NCBI GenBank assembly: GCA_052035175.1
Contig: JBPOHV010000001.1
Coordinates: forward strand, 772,228 to 836,227
Reading direction: 5' to 3'
Origin: a candidate division WWE3 bacterium
GTDB lineage: Bacteria; Patescibacteriota; WWE3; UBA101185; UBA10185
Length of the DNA: 64,000 nt
A model generated the notes under the pieces. It was not told the DNA's origin. It searched no databases and was given only the letters and a program-made list of their open reading frames with translations. Below, in pieces: positions 49,538-64,000 of the stretch (positions are counted from its first letter, which is position 1; the number at the start of each line of letters is the position of its first letter). The position numbers and the translations under genes are program-made.

Positions 49538-51859
49538 TTATGAATTGATAACTTGTATTTTAATATGATCTTTTATTGCCAGTGCGTTGAGTTTTATCGG
49601 ACGTTTCTTATTTTTCAAAAGAACTTCTGCAATTTTGTCTAGCAATTCTTTTTCGACAGTTCTACGAAGTGCACGTGCACCGTATTCTTTTGAATAACCC
49701 TTTTTCAAAAGCAACTCTTTAGCAGACTTAGCAACCGATAGCGATATGTTTTGTGGTTTCATATTGTCTTTAATTTTTCCTATGAGTAAATCGATTATTC
49801 TAAACTGTGCTTCTTGTTTTAGCTGTTGGAAGTATATGATTTCATCAAATCTATTTATAAGCTCTGGCTTCATTATCTTCTTTAAATTCTGCTCTAATCT
49901 ATCTTTGGGTTCTGCACCAGAATCTGAGTCTATATAAAAACCAATATCAGACTTATGAAAGATTTCTGTACCCAAATTGCTTGTTAGAATAATTACGCTT
50001 CTCGAAAAGTCATACATATGACCTCTAGCATCGAGTAACTCGCCTTCTTCCATGATTTGTAACAGAATATTCAAAACATCAGGATGTGCTTTTTCTATTT
50101 CATCAAACAAAACTACACTGTCAGGTTTGGCAGCAATCTTTGTCGTCAATTCCCCACCTTCGCCAAAACCCACATAACCAGGTGGCGCACCAATAAGTCT
50201 TGCAACCATATGCTTTTCTGAAAAATCACTCATGTCCAACCGAATAAGGGCATTCTCACCAAAAAACTCTGTAGAAAGAAGCTTTGCTAACTCAGTTTTA
50301 CCAACACCAGTTGGTCCCAAAAATAAATAACTACTCAATGGCCTATTTCCTGTTTTTAAACCAAGACTTGCGCGAATCATTGCTTTTGAGACTGTATCAA
50401 CAGCAGCATCTTGACCTATCAACTGTGATTTTATCCGATCTGATAGATTTGCAACTCTTGAAAGCCTATACTTTGCCGAAATACCCAAATCACCTTTTAC
50501 CAAAGCATCAACCGCATCATCCACATCTTCCTTGGAAACTACAAACTGCTCTGTTTTTAAAAACTTCACTTCTTGTTTTGATAAAGCATCTTCTGTTTCA
50601 GAAAGTAAAACCTTCAAATCTGCGGCTTTCTCATATTTGCCTGCAGATAACATCGCGTCAATAGAGTCTGCAAGCAACAAAGTCTTGTCTACACTTCTAC
50701 GATAAGTAACAGGTATTTTACTTTTCTTCATAATAGTAAAAGAACAAACTATATCCATCAGATCGACACCTCTTTTGGGAAATTTAGCATCAGATAAAAG
50801 ATTTTCTTCTACAGCATAGTCATAGATGTAATTTGTCACATCTACCGGGATCTTGAGTTTATGATGCCTTTCTAGTTTTGCAGCTTCTCGCTTCATAATT
50901 AAAAGCGCATCTTTTTTTGTAGGTTCTTCAACATCTATTACTGTAATGTCTTCAAATATATGTTCGTTATCAGAAGAAACGCGTTCATACATTTGATTGC
51001 TCATTGTAGCTACAAACCTTATATCTGCCTGACGCAACATAGCTTTGAATAAGGTATAAAACATAGGAACGGCAAAGGTCCCAGTTGAAGCAAAAAATAC
51101 ATTTGACAAATTTTCGATACTTAAAATTACTCTACCTAACATTCGCAACTCATCGACAAAAGAATACAAGCCCAGCTCTATACCACCACGATTGATAAAT
51201 CCCATCATAAAAGCAAGAAGATCTACTTCAAGCAAACGGTACCCCATTAGTGACGGTGGGACATTTAATAAAACCATATTTTGAGCCAAGAGCTTTATAA
51301 TACTGTCTTTACCTACACCAGGGTCACCTATCAATAAAACATTTGAATTATGCTCTTTCAACAATGCAGAAACTGTATTCAAATATTCTTTACGTTCCAA
51401 GAGTGTTAAATCACCATTATCTAGTTGTCGTGCAGCCTCACGAGTAACATCACGCGTAAAAGTATTTATGATTGGAGTATTTTTATTTATGTTGAAAGAT
51501 CTTAGAGTATTAGAAAATATGTTTAACTTCATGCACTCCAAACGCAACTGTTCATACATATCTTTTTGCTTTGTGATTTTGAATACAGCCAATAATAAAT
51601 GTTCTGTACCTACATACGAATGTTCAAAACTAAGCGCTTGATAAAATGCTTCTTTTATGAGCCTATTTATCTCTACACTGTGTTGTGGGGGGATTGAGAG
51701 TGTCTTTACTTCTTGAAGCATTGCGCTTCCCATTCCACCAGCTGCAATAATTTCTTCAATTAGTACAACAACCGGCACTCTTTCTGTTTTTGGCAATCTA
51801 TCTAAAACACTCTTAGCTCGGTCAGTAAGCCTCTCTGTAAGTACTGCTTCACCTTGCAT
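49538..51859 (-). CDS. clpC: Clp/Hsp100 AAA+ chaperone (ClpC-like) with two nucleotide-binding domains.
   Basis: Clp_N domain. D1 LLIGDPGVGKDSI. D2 FLGPTGVGKTELAKLL...VVLFDEIEKAHPDVLNILLQIMEEGELLD. Confidence 0.8.
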   Translation of the reverse strand: MQGEAVLTERLTDRAKSVLDRLPKTERVPVVVLIEEIIAAGGMGSAMLQEVKTLSIPPQHSVEINRLIKEAFYQALSFEHSYVGTEHLLLAVFKITKQKDMYEQLRLECMKLNIFSNTLRSFNINKNTPIINTFTRDVTREAARQLDNGDLTLLERKEYLNTVSALLKEHNSNVLLIGDPGVGKDSIIKLLAQNMVLLNVPPSLMGYRLLEVDLLAFMMGFINRGGIELGLYSFVDELRMLGRVILSIENLSNVFFASTGTFAVPMFYTLFKAMLRQADIRFVATMSNQMYERVSSDNEHIFEDITVIDVEEPTKKDALLIMKREAAKLERHHKLKIPVDVTNYIYDYAVEENLLSDAKFPKRGVDLMDIVCSFTIMKKSKIPVTYRRSVDKTLLLADSIDAMLSAGKYEKAADLKVLLSETEDALSKQEVKFLKTEQFVVSKEDVDDAVDALVKGDLGISAKYRLSRVANLSDRIKSQLIGQDAAVDTVSKAMIRASLGLKTGNRPLSSYLFLGPTGVGKTELAKLLSTEFFGENALIRLDMSDFSEKHMVARLIGAPPGYVGFGEGGELTTKIAAKPDSVVLFDEIEKAHPDVLNILLQIMEEGELLDARGHMYDFSRSVIILTSNLGTEIFHKSDIGFYIDSDSGAEPKDRLEQNLKKIMKPELINRFDEIIYFQQLKQEAQFRIIDLLIGKIKDNMKPQNISLSVAKSAKELLLKKGYSKEYGARALRRTVEKELLDKIAEVLLKNKKRPIKLNALAIKDHIKIQVINS

Positions 51860-51868
51860 GATTAATTT

Positions 51869-52969
51869 TTAAGCTTTTAATTTTCTTATGCTAAGAGCAA
51901 GCTTTTGACTTGCACCATCAACATTGGTGACTATTGCTTCTACTTCATCACCCACATTTAAAGGTCCTTCGGTTTCAGAGATATGAATAAGACCATCTAA
52001 TCCTTTTTCTAAATTAACAAAAGCACCAAAAGGTACTATCTTGCTAACTTTACCTTTTACAGTTGAATCAACAGGATATCTAGTCTCTACCCCTTCCCAT
52101 GGATTTGGAATAGTACGTTTAACACTAAGCGCTAGTTTTTTTGTATCATCATCAACGCCAAGCACCAAAACACTTATTGTTTGTCCAACAGAAAAGTATG
52201 TGCTAGGATGTGTAACTTTTTCCCAAGCGATTTCACTTATATGAACTAGACCTTCGACACCTTCCAGATCAACGAAAACACCAAAAGGCATTATACCGGT
52301 AACAACTCCATCCAGTGTATCGCCTATTTTAATATCTTTTAATTTTTCCTCTTTTGCTGCTTCTGTATATGTACCCAAAGCTTCTTTTTCAGATAAAACT
52401 AATCGATTTTTCTCTGGGTCAAGTTCAATTACTTTAACCTTGATCATTTTGCCAGTTAATACTTTGAGAGTTTCTTTTAGCTCTGCATCACTACCAGTAG
52501 CCATCTTTGAGCCATCATTAGAGAAATGAACTCTATCTAAGTGAGATAAAGGAACAAAACCTCGCAAGCCTGCACACTCACAGACAAAACCACCTTTATT
52601 ATATTCAAGGATTTCAGCTTCTATAACAGAACCATCTGCATAAGCATCTTCAAGTTCTTTCCATTTCTTTTCTTTATCAGCGCGTTTAACTGACAAAACT
52701 ATATAACCTTGTCTATCTTCAGGCTGAACGACTTTGGCTATAATAGATTGACCTACTTCAAGCGTTTTCGCATCTTCGCCGAATTCTTGCAAAGAAATTA
52801 TTCCTTCAGATTTTGCACCAACATCGACTAAAATCTCCGATGAATTTATACTAACGATCTTACCTTCTATCAATTCTCCTTGCTCTAATAGTCGAATAGA
52901 AACACCCTTATCTTTAAGGATTTCTTCCATTTTTGAACTTGATTTGTGAACTTGTTTGGATTTTGCCAT
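51869..52969 (-). CDS. rpsA: 30S ribosomal protein S1 (multiple S1 domains).
   Basis: Repeated S1 modules (GELIEGKIVSINSSEILVDVG..., DGVVTGIMPFGVFVDLEGVEGLVHISE..., GKVSKIVPFGAFVNLEKGLDGLIHISE). Start moved to MAKSKQ: the track start at 53059 would extend into the REP at 53058. Confidence 0.8.
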   Translation of the reverse strand: MAKSKQVHKSSSKMEEILKDKGVSIRLLEQGELIEGKIVSINSSEILVDVGAKSEGIISLQEFGEDAKTLEVGQSIIAKVVQPEDRQGYIVLSVKRADKEKKWKELEDAYADGSVIEAEILEYNKGGFVCECAGLRGFVPLSHLDRVHFSNDGSKMATGSDAELKETLKVLTGKMIKVKVIELDPEKNRLVLSEKEALGTYTEAAKEEKLKDIKIGDTLDGVVTGIMPFGVFVDLEGVEGLVHISEIAWEKVTHPSTYFSVGQTISVLVLGVDDDTKKLALSVKRTIPNPWEGVETRYPVDSTVKGKVSKIVPFGAFVNLEKGLDGLIHISETEGPLNVGDEVEAIVTNVDGASQKLALSIRKLKA

Positions 52970-53057
52970 AAAATTAAACCTTGTTACTGGATAAATTAAT
53001 AATAAAGAAACATCACCAGCCGATATTTCTTGGTCTGGGGGATTATAGCATATATCC

Positions 53058-53562
53058 AAAGGGCTAGGCCCGGCTTAGCCTTATTCTAAGTTTCTTAGAA
53101 TTTACAATGTTGTCACAACTAGAAAAGTAAATATTATAACCTATATGCCACAACGGAATGTCAAAAAAGTATACCTACCAAACAGCTTTTATCACATATA
53201 CAATCGAGGTGTAGAAAAAAGAGTGATTTTTAATAGTCAAATGGACTTAAATGTATTTGAAAAATATCTTACAGATAGCTTGCTTAAAAACAATATTAAA
53301 ATTTATGAAAAAGCCTTCATGCCAAACCATTATCACTTACTAGTTTTTCAAAAAGAGGCACATGCTATTGAAAAAATGATGCACTCACTTGGTACTAGAT
53401 ATACTATCTACTTCAATATTAGGCATAACAGAACTGGACACTTATTCCAAGGAACCTATAGAGCAAGACTGGTGAATACTGATGGCGATTTTCAAGCGGT
53501 TACAATGTATATAAGAAATCATTACGTAGAAGATGAGGAGGCTAAGCCGGGCCTAGCCCTTT
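53058..53562 (+). mobile_element. RAYT/IS200-like unit 2, flanked by a perfect 23-bp inverted repeat.
   Basis: aaagggctaggcccggcttagcc (53058-53080) and its exact reverse complement ggctaagccgggcctagcccttt (53540-53562). Each arm is itself an imperfect palindrome: ggctaggcc-c-ggcttagcc. Confidence 0.75.
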
Positions 53563-53567
53563 GGTAG
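53145..53567 (+). CDS. RAYT / IS200-like Y1 HuH transposase, paralogue 2.
   Basis: 140 aa. FYHIYNRGVEKR...PNHYHLLVF...GHLFQGTYRARLV. The C-terminal KPGLALW* is encoded by the right REP. Confidence 0.75.
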   Translation: MPQRNVKKVYLPNSFYHIYNRGVEKRVIFNSQMDLNVFEKYLTDSLLKNNIKIYEKAFMPNHYHLLVFQKEAHAIEKMMHSLGTRYTIYFNIRHNRTGHLFQGTYRARLVNTDGDFQAVTMYIRNHYVEDEEAKPGLALW

Positions 53568-53577
53568 TTTGGTAACA

Positions 53578-53715
53578 CTGTCCCGGCGACGACCTATCTT
53601 CCCAGGCATTCTGCCAAGTATTTTCAGCGCTGACGGTCTTGACTTCTCTGTTCGGAATGGACCTCGCCGAAGCGAGTTAAGAGGTATAACCCCGCCGCTA
53701 TCATCACCGAGACAG
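53578..53715 (-). rRNA. rrf: 5S rRNA (with an extra hairpin insertion of about 18 nt).
   Basis: The reverse complement contains ...GGTGATGATAGCGGCGGGG...CCGAACAGAGAAGTCAAGACCGTCAGCGCTG... Helix I is ctgtctcgg paired with ccgggacag. The inserted ctcgcttcggcgag is a UUCG-capped stem. Confidence 0.7.
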
Positions 53716-53784
53716 TATTACCAATAAAGTGTGCTCATTTTGAAATAAACACACTAAAAACTGAATAGAAGACTGTAGTTAGAA

Positions 53785-56862
<3,078 letters not shown>

Positions 56863-57008
56863 ACTACCTTGTTTTACCAAGGTCGAACGTTAAATTCTAA
56901 CTTGCTTCTATTCAGTTCTCAATGTGCTTTACTTCGCAAAGCCGATCTCACAAGCTAGCTTCGCTTTCGCTTAGCCGACCTGATGGTCTAGCTTTACTAA
57001 TCTATTTT

Positions 57009-57084
57009 TGGTGGACCCGACGGGATTCGAACCCGTGACCTCTGCGATGCAAACGCAGCGCTCTACCAACTAAGCTACAGGCCC
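57009..57084 (-). tRNA. tRNA-Ala (anticodon TGC), immediately upstream of 23S.
   Basis: Reverse complement GGGCCTGTAGCTTAGTTGGTAGAGCGCTGCGTTTGCATCGCAGAGGTCACGGGTTCGAATCCCGTCGGGTCCACCA. G3:U70 pair. Confidence 0.85.
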
Positions 57085-57499
57085 ACGAAGTGGGTATGTA
57101 AGAGGAAGTGCAATCCCGCTAAGCAGGATAACCAAGCTCTTCCAAGCCCGTGGTACTAGGTATAGATCTTTCGATCACGCACCCAAGTTTATAGATTATA
57201 GAAATGAAGTTGAGATAGTACAAGGTTTTATCCTATGCATATCTCTAAGAGGAATCTAGAGCTTCTAAATAGACTACATGAAATGCAGTTAAGTGAAGAT
57301 TAGCATTCCCATTCCGTATTGGCATAATACAAAATGCCCTCACCCATGTCAACCTTATTTATTGTTAAAAAATAGCGACTTTTCGTCTATGAGGGAATAC
57401 ATAAAAAATCCAAGCAAAGAAATAAAAATAAATAATGCAGAACCCACTATATATATCCAACCTATTACTGTAGTTTTCATATGTAAACTATGACTATTT

Positions 57500-58627
57500 T
57501 CAATCGCCATCCTCGACAATTTCAGCCTCAAGGGGACCAAAAAGATGCGCGTGGTGAGTAGTAAACCAGCTACGAGCAGACTCAACCTTTTCCCCAATTT
57601 GTGCTACGGCATCCATATCTGAACCAGCGTTGTCAATTAAACCTTTTGCATAAACATCCAGTATTTCTTCCAATGTATTTATCGCTTGCATATAGTCTCC
57701 TTTTGCCAACTCATTAATACGGTGTACTATTTGAGCCTCTTTCTTTATAAAAGCGTCGTCTGGGGTTGGTGGCTTCGAAGCTTGTGTCTCTGCTTTAGCA
57801 GCTGGCGCTCTAGCTGGTTGAACTGGCGTCTCTGGAATACCGTTGGAAGCTCTTGAATCATAGACTAAATCACTAAATGCACCTGCCTTGGCAAGTTTCT
57901 CTGCATCTGCATTCATTTTCAAATATCTAAGTAAGTAAGCATAGCCGTCTTTATATAATGCACGAGCCAGTAAAAACTTGGCATCCGCATACTCTTTTAT
58001 TTTTTCAGGAGTATTATGGCTTGCAGCAAGTGCGGACAAATACTCATCCATATGGGCCACAAATTTAACAGGCGAGGGAAATTTTTTAAAAACTTTGGTC
58101 AGATGTCCAGGGCTAATAATCGATTCTTTTAGACCATGTGCTTTCTTCTCGGAATATGCAGTATTGAGCCTTGTTGCAAGAGGTAACGCATCGTCGGCAC
58201 ATGCAGCAAGCAACAATACCTGCGCACGACGATTGATATCCAGCTCAGTACCTTTACCAGAGATGACCTTACGCCACTTAGACTTCTCCGGTGTGTAAGT
58301 TATCTCATCGATAATTGTTTTTGGTTTATATACCTCAGCACACGCATTTGTAATAAAACGCTCCATACCTTTCTTGTACCGACCCTTATGTAGATTGAAG
58401 TAAAAACGCATATTCGCCCGCGGATTTACATTTGGCCTTAGTGTGTCACCAACACCACTTATACCCGCATCCTTAAGTTCATTATCAATATGTTGTATAC
58501 GTTCGGGGTCTAGTAATGCAGTTTGCTCAGCAATAGCACTTTCCAATGCGCTACTATAAGCCGCTTCTACTGTCTTAGGTGTGGTTTCTAAATCGTTCGG
58601 TACCCTATTAATTCCTGCCATATGCAT
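57500..58627 (-). CDS. Hypothetical protein (375 aa) located between tRNA-Ala and tRNA-Ile.
   Basis: Long ORF with protein-like composition. No family recognised. Confidence 0.45.
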   Translation of the reverse strand: MHMAGINRVPNDLETTPKTVEAAYSSALESAIAEQTALLDPERIQHIDNELKDAGISGVGDTLRPNVNPRANMRFYFNLHKGRYKKGMERFITNACAEVYKPKTIIDEITYTPEKSKWRKVISGKGTELDINRRAQVLLLAACADDALPLATRLNTAYSEKKAHGLKESIISPGHLTKVFKKFPSPVKFVAHMDEYLSALAASHNTPEKIKEYADAKFLLARALYKDGYAYLLRYLKMNADAEKLAKAGAFSDLVYDSRASNGIPETPVQPARAPAAKAETQASKPPTPDDAFIKKEAQIVHRINELAKGDYMQAINTLEEILDVYAKGLIDNAGSDMDAVAQIGEKVESARSWFTTHHAHLFGPLEAEIVEDGD

Positions 58628-58705
58628 ATAATTCTAGTTAAAACTTAAGATATAAACAAGCTGTAAAAATAAATTTCTATGTTAAAATTCAAAATGTCTA
58701 CGTTT

Positions 58706-58782
58706 GGGTGATTAGCTCAGGTGGTTAGAGCATTCCTCTGATAAGGGAAAGGTCCGTGGTTCGAGTCCACGATCACCCACCA
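58706..58782 (+). tRNA. tRNA-Ile (anticodon GAT), on the opposite strand to the rRNA genes.
   Basis: GGGTGATTAGCTCAGGTGGTTAGAGCATTCCTCTGATAAGGGAAAGGTCCGTGGTTCGAGTCCACGATCACCCACCA. Anticodon loop CTGATAA. Confidence 0.85.
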
Positions 58783-58783
58783 T

Positions 58784-59227
58784 TTACCAAAGGACCTGGT
58801 CAGACCAGGTCTCGAACTCGGAATTATTATGGTTTTTTATATAAGCAGATACCGACTCAAAATCTCTTTGCGAATTCACTAATCTAGCACGATAGGGACC
58901 TTGGAATAAGTGGCCAACCCTATTATATTTCAAATTGAAAAACATAGTGTATCTTAATCCCACAGAATGCATCGCGCGCGTTATCGACATTGAGTCATTT
59001 TGAAAAATTAAAATGTGGTAATGATTAGGCATTAAAGCCTTTTCATATATCCGCATATTTTCTTTATTTACAGCGCACGATAAGTAATATTCGAATATAT
59101 CCATGTCTGCTTGAGTTGTAAATATAGGTCTTTTTTCTACACCACGATTGTATATATGATAAAAACTGGCAGGCAAATAGACTTTTCTTACATTCTTCTG
59201 AGCCATAACAAGTGAATAATAAAACAA
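58784..59227 (-). CDS. RAYT / IS200-like Y1 HuH transposase, paralogue 3.
   Basis: 147 aa. FYHIYNRGVEKR...PNHYHILIF...GHLFQGPYRARLV. The C-terminal SDQVLW* is encoded by the REP. The stop lies 2 nt from the tRNA-Ile 3' end. Confidence 0.75.
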   Translation of the reverse strand: MFYYSLVMAQKNVRKVYLPASFYHIYNRGVEKRPIFTTQADMDIFEYYLSCAVNKENMRIYEKALMPNHYHILIFQNDSMSITRAMHSVGLRYTMFFNLKYNRVGHLFQGPYRARLVNSQRDFESVSAYIKNHNNSEFETWSDQVLW

Positions 59228-59289
59228 GAGTTGTTAATAACAAGGATATAAATTCCAGAAATACTAGACCTGGTCTGACCAGGTCCCTA
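58789..59289 (-). mobile_element. RAYT/IS200-like unit 3, flanked by inverted copies of a palindromic REP.
   Basis: aaaggacctggtcagaccaggtctc (58789-58813) and agacctggtctgaccaggtcccta (59266-59289). The core gacctggtc-a-gaccaggtc is self-complementary. Confidence 0.75.
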
Positions 59290-59290
59290 A

Positions 59291-60061
59291 CTAAATCCCT
59301 AAAAAATTCATAACCAAAAACCTTACAACCAACGGACCCATTCCACCAGGTGACGTCGCTACCAGACCCAAATGTGCTGTTTTGCTAGTCAGATCAAAAT
59401 CACCAACAGTTTTCCCATTAACCACACTAGAACCAAAATCTACAACACAAGTGTTTTCAGACAACATATCCCCCTTTATCAACGATGGTATTCCCGCAGC
59501 ACAAACAACTAAATCTGTATGTATAAAGGTACCCGAACTATAATTATTAACTGTATTAACAACCACGTTATTATCTTTTAAAAAGTTTGTTACTGGTAAT
59601 CCAACTAAAGCCCCATCGCCAATTACAGTAGCTGATTTTATCCTATCACAGCAACTATGAAACAAAGAAAAAGCACGTATAACCGGAGATATAAATTTAT
59701 TAGTTTTTTTGTTTAAAGCGTCAATATCCTTTTCTTCAGGTATTAAGTCTATTAAGGAGTACAAACTTTGTCTTGGCAAAGGCATTTGTATGATCAACCC
59801 AGTAATTTTTGTGTCACCCATTATTTTTTTGCACTCAGAAATTATTTCAACATCTGCCAATGCACTGGAAATCCTGAATATATGACAATCTATGCCTAAC
59901 TTAAAGCAAAGGCTTTGTTTCAAAGATATATATTTATCTGAAACCTGATTCTCACCTATTTGTATGATTCCAAGAATTCCAATATTCTTAGAATTTTCTA
60001 AGAATTTAGACATTGATAAGTCTAGTAAGTCTTTATATTTTTGTGTTGGAAATAAATTCAT
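59291..60061 (-). CDS. folD: Bifunctional methylenetetrahydrofolate dehydrogenase/cyclohydrolase.
   Basis: ATVIGDGALVGLPVTNFL...DLVVCAAGIPSLIKGDML...VVDFG...VGDFD...SPGGMGPLVVRFLVMN. Confidence 0.8.
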   Translation of the reverse strand: MNLFPTQKYKDLLDLSMSKFLENSKNIGILGIIQIGENQVSDKYISLKQSLCFKLGIDCHIFRISSALADVEIISECKKIMGDTKITGLIIQMPLPRQSLYSLIDLIPEEKDIDALNKKTNKFISPVIRAFSLFHSCCDRIKSATVIGDGALVGLPVTNFLKDNNVVVNTVNNYSSGTFIHTDLVVCAAGIPSLIKGDMLSENTCVVDFGSSVVNGKTVGDFDLTSKTAHLGLVATSPGGMGPLVVRFLVMNFLGI

Positions 60062-60099
60062 ACAAAGCCTATTTTAGCACTTAAGAGTGATAAAATTGC

Positions 60100-60591
60100 T
60101 TGAGCTTGTTTATGAAAAATAAATTAGAAAAGTTAAATCGAACTAAATTTGTTGTATTAATGACTTTCTTGGCCTTTTTATTGAAAGTTCTGGCATACTT
60201 TATTGCCAATATAATATTTGGTATTTGGCAAAATCCCACTCTAGAAAAACTTATTCAAGATACAAATGTACAACCTAACATCATGACTTTGATAATCTCT
60301 GGAATCATAATTGCACCAATTATTGAAACGGTTGTTGGACAACTTATACCTATCAAAATAACCAGCCTTTTCACAAAAAAGACTAGCATCAACCTGATTA
60401 TATCTGTAATAGTATTTTCTGGATTACACGACTACAGTAATATCCTCACAGGAATTGGCGTAGGTACAATACTCGCATACTCATATCTATTAAAACTAAA
60501 AATTTCTGAAAAAGAAGCCTTTTTTACAACTACTGCAATACACCTATTACATAATCTTATCGCAGTAATCTTATTAATAATATTTATGTGA
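60100..60591 (+). CDS. CPBP-family (CAAX protease / Abi-like) intramembrane metalloprotease.
   Basis: Polytopic, 163 aa. FSGLHD (FxxxH) and HLLHNL (HxxxN) motifs. The EExxxR motif is degenerate (IIETVVGQ). Confidence 0.5.
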   Translation: MSLFMKNKLEKLNRTKFVVLMTFLAFLLKVLAYFIANIIFGIWQNPTLEKLIQDTNVQPNIMTLIISGIIIAPIIETVVGQLIPIKITSLFTKKTSINLIISVIVFSGLHDYSNILTGIGVGTILAYSYLLKLKISEKEAFFTTTAIHLLHNLIAVILLIIFM

Positions 60592-60837
60592 GTGAATTTA
60601 CAAACTGAATCGAAACCTTTAACACAAGAAGAACACTTCGTGCGGAAATTTTTTCTTACTTGCGCAAGAAAGCTTACTTCCAAACTTATCCTTTGCTAAG
60701 CGTAAGGGCAAAGCAATTTATGAGATATGTTCTTAGGATTATCTGAACATAAATTGTATGATCATATTTCGTTGAGCTTCCCCACCGAAGCAGAGCAAGA
60801 CATCAACAAGCAAACATACGTGTTTTTCTCCATTAGA

Positions 60838-62278
<1,441 letters not shown>

Positions 62279-62465
62279 AAGTGTTCTTCTTGTGTTACAA
62301 ATTTCGATTCAGATTTCAAAGTGCGCCTACTAACAATTAGACATATATTAGCAGAGCTAGATCAAGATAACACATCTTACCTAAGGCCACAACCCTGTAT
62401 TTTCTAATAGCATTAGAATTTACAACATTGTGATTTTTTCGACTTAAGTTTAAATGGTAACTTGA

Positions 62466-64000
62466 TGCCACATATTAAACTTTTAATCGTTAAAAGGCAA
62501 ATACTAGCTGTACTAATCATTCTAGCAATAACAGCTAATATAAAGATATCTGCCGAAGAAAATGTGTGGCATCAAATTAATATCCCCACACAAAGTATAA
62601 ACGCTATTGAAACAACCCCACTAGGAGTACTGGCTGGAGAATTTAGTATTTTTATACCAAACGCAGTAACAAATGGCTTATTTATCACAAAAGACTTGGG
62701 AAACACTTGGCAAGAATTTGGACTGATTAATCGTGGAGTTACCGACCTCAGATACTACAACGGTACTTTATACGCTGCAACATACTTTTCAAATGATAAC
62801 GGTCAACGCCTGTATATATCTACAGATAATGGGCTAACATGGCAAAACACAGGGCCGGTTGCTGCTGGAAGACAAGTAGATAGAGACGAATCAATGATTT
62901 ACTATGGCACATACTCCTTTGGATTATGGACATCTACAGACAACGGAAATACTTGGATAAGGGCAGACAATGCATGGGATACAACTGATGATATTTATAT
63001 GATCGAATCAGGCAAAAACTCCACCCTAGTAGCAACAAATAACAATACGTATATAACCGCTGATAATGGAATATCTTGGCAAAAAGTGACATTTTTAAAT
63101 AATAAAAAAATCCGAAGTGCACTTATCACACAAGAATATATCTTAGCGGGATCAGACGAAAAACACGGCCTATATATTTCCTACGACAATGGGAACACAT
63201 GGTCAGAGCTGGGATTCTTTAATGGATATTACATAGGCAATATAAAAAAACTTGATACTAGACTTTTTGTAGCCAGAAAAAATAATGGGTTTGAAAACTT
63301 AGCAACCATTTTTATGTCAACTGATAATGGAACAACATGGGTAGACACTAACTTACATATTCAAGCAATAAAAAATGCCTCACGGATGGCAATTACTTAT
63401 GGAAAGCAAAACTCACTGTTTGCTTTTATATCCTCTGGAGGCTTATACAAAATGGATCTGCCCAAATACAGTGTTACATTTAACAGATTTTTAGACATTC
63501 CTTTTGATTATGATGCTGACGCAGAGTTAATGACTAAAATAACTAGTTTTTTTGACCATCAATACCCCCTGTTAGGTTACAAAACCCATGAAGAACCAGA
63601 CGAGGCAAAACAAACTACAGTGAATTTTTTCAATCAAATAGGATACATACCCAATATCTTTTATTCAACACACAACGGAATCGATTTCAAATTACCATAT
63701 GGAAGCCCAGTAAAAGCCGCTGCACCAGGGTATGCTTCTTACTATTTTTGTAATGATTGCGGTAATACCATAAAAATTAATCATCAAAACGGCTATGAAT
63801 CTGTATATATGCATTTAAAGTCTGATGGCCTTGTTACTACGGGCACAAACAAAGTATGGATTAATAAAGGCGACACATTAGGTTATGTAGGAATGTCTGG
63901 AAATACTAGCGGTCCCCATTTGCACTTTACAGTAAACAAAACCACCAAACAATTTCCTGACAGCTTAGTAGACCCATATGGATGGCTAGACAACAGTACA
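62466..64000 (+). CDS. Secreted BNR/Asp-box repeat protein fused to a C-terminal M23 peptidase domain (3'-partial; absent from the ORF track because there is no stop in the window).
   Basis: ATG at 62466. Signal peptide MPHIKLLIVKRQILAVLIILAITANIKISA. Repeated S-x-D-x-G-x-T-W boxes (STDNGLTW, TSTDNGNTW, TADNGISW, SYDNGNTW, STDNGTTW). M23 core HNGIDFKLPYGSPV...YMHL...GMSGNTSGPHLHF. Confidence 0.7.

Noticed and set aside
57355-57597. 80-aa minus-strand ORF overlapping the 3' end of gene 57500..58627.
   Set aside because: It overlaps a longer ORF on the same strand in another frame and has no SD. A shorter 41-aa membrane peptide starting at 57478 is conceivable but unsupported.

Overview
This 64-kb window looks like an AT-rich (about 33-36% GC) bacterial chromosome segment. 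The gene content (sortases, ComEA with a short ComEC, Rho with a low-complexity insert, rRNA genes separated by protein genes, many hypotheticals) is compatible with a small-genome, possibly CPR/Patescibacteria-like organism; that placement is an inference, not a demonstration. Most genes are housekeeping:

- ribosomal proteins rplJ, rplL and rpsA, plus argS, obg, rho, mreB, ndk, cysE, folD, radA and clpC;
- a competence set: comM, dprA, comEA and a short comEC;
- two sortases, one next to an LPETG-anchored secreted protein;
- a 5'-partial giant surface protein with repeated LamG-like domains;
- a cluster of three large polytopic GT-C-like membrane glycosyltransferases;
- five tRNAs and 16S, 23S and 5S rRNA genes on the minus strand.

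The most unusual content:

1. Three paralogous small HuH-Y1 transposase genes (RAYT / IS200-like), each bounded by its own distinct perfect inverted GC-rich palindromes (REP-like) that overlap the last codons of the gene. Two of the three copies sit directly against RNA genes (5S rRNA, and an inverted tRNA-Ile).
2. The rRNA operon is broken. 16S is about 4 kb from 23S-5S, with folD, a RAYT, a CPBP protease and a hypothetical gene in between. tRNA-Ile(GAT) is on the opposite strand from 16S, tRNA-Ala and 23S.
3. Three markedly GC-rich genes (about 55-60% GC) are embedded in the AT-rich GT-C cluster. Two of them carry duplicated, diverged AT-rich leaders of about 180 bp.
4. A tight four-gene minus-strand operon: a 38-aa ribbon-helix-helix protein, then proteins of 687, 167 and 449 aa with no recognisable family. 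The last has a kinase-like H-x-H-G-N-F-S motif. It lies next to one RAYT unit and may be a toxin-antitoxin or defence module.
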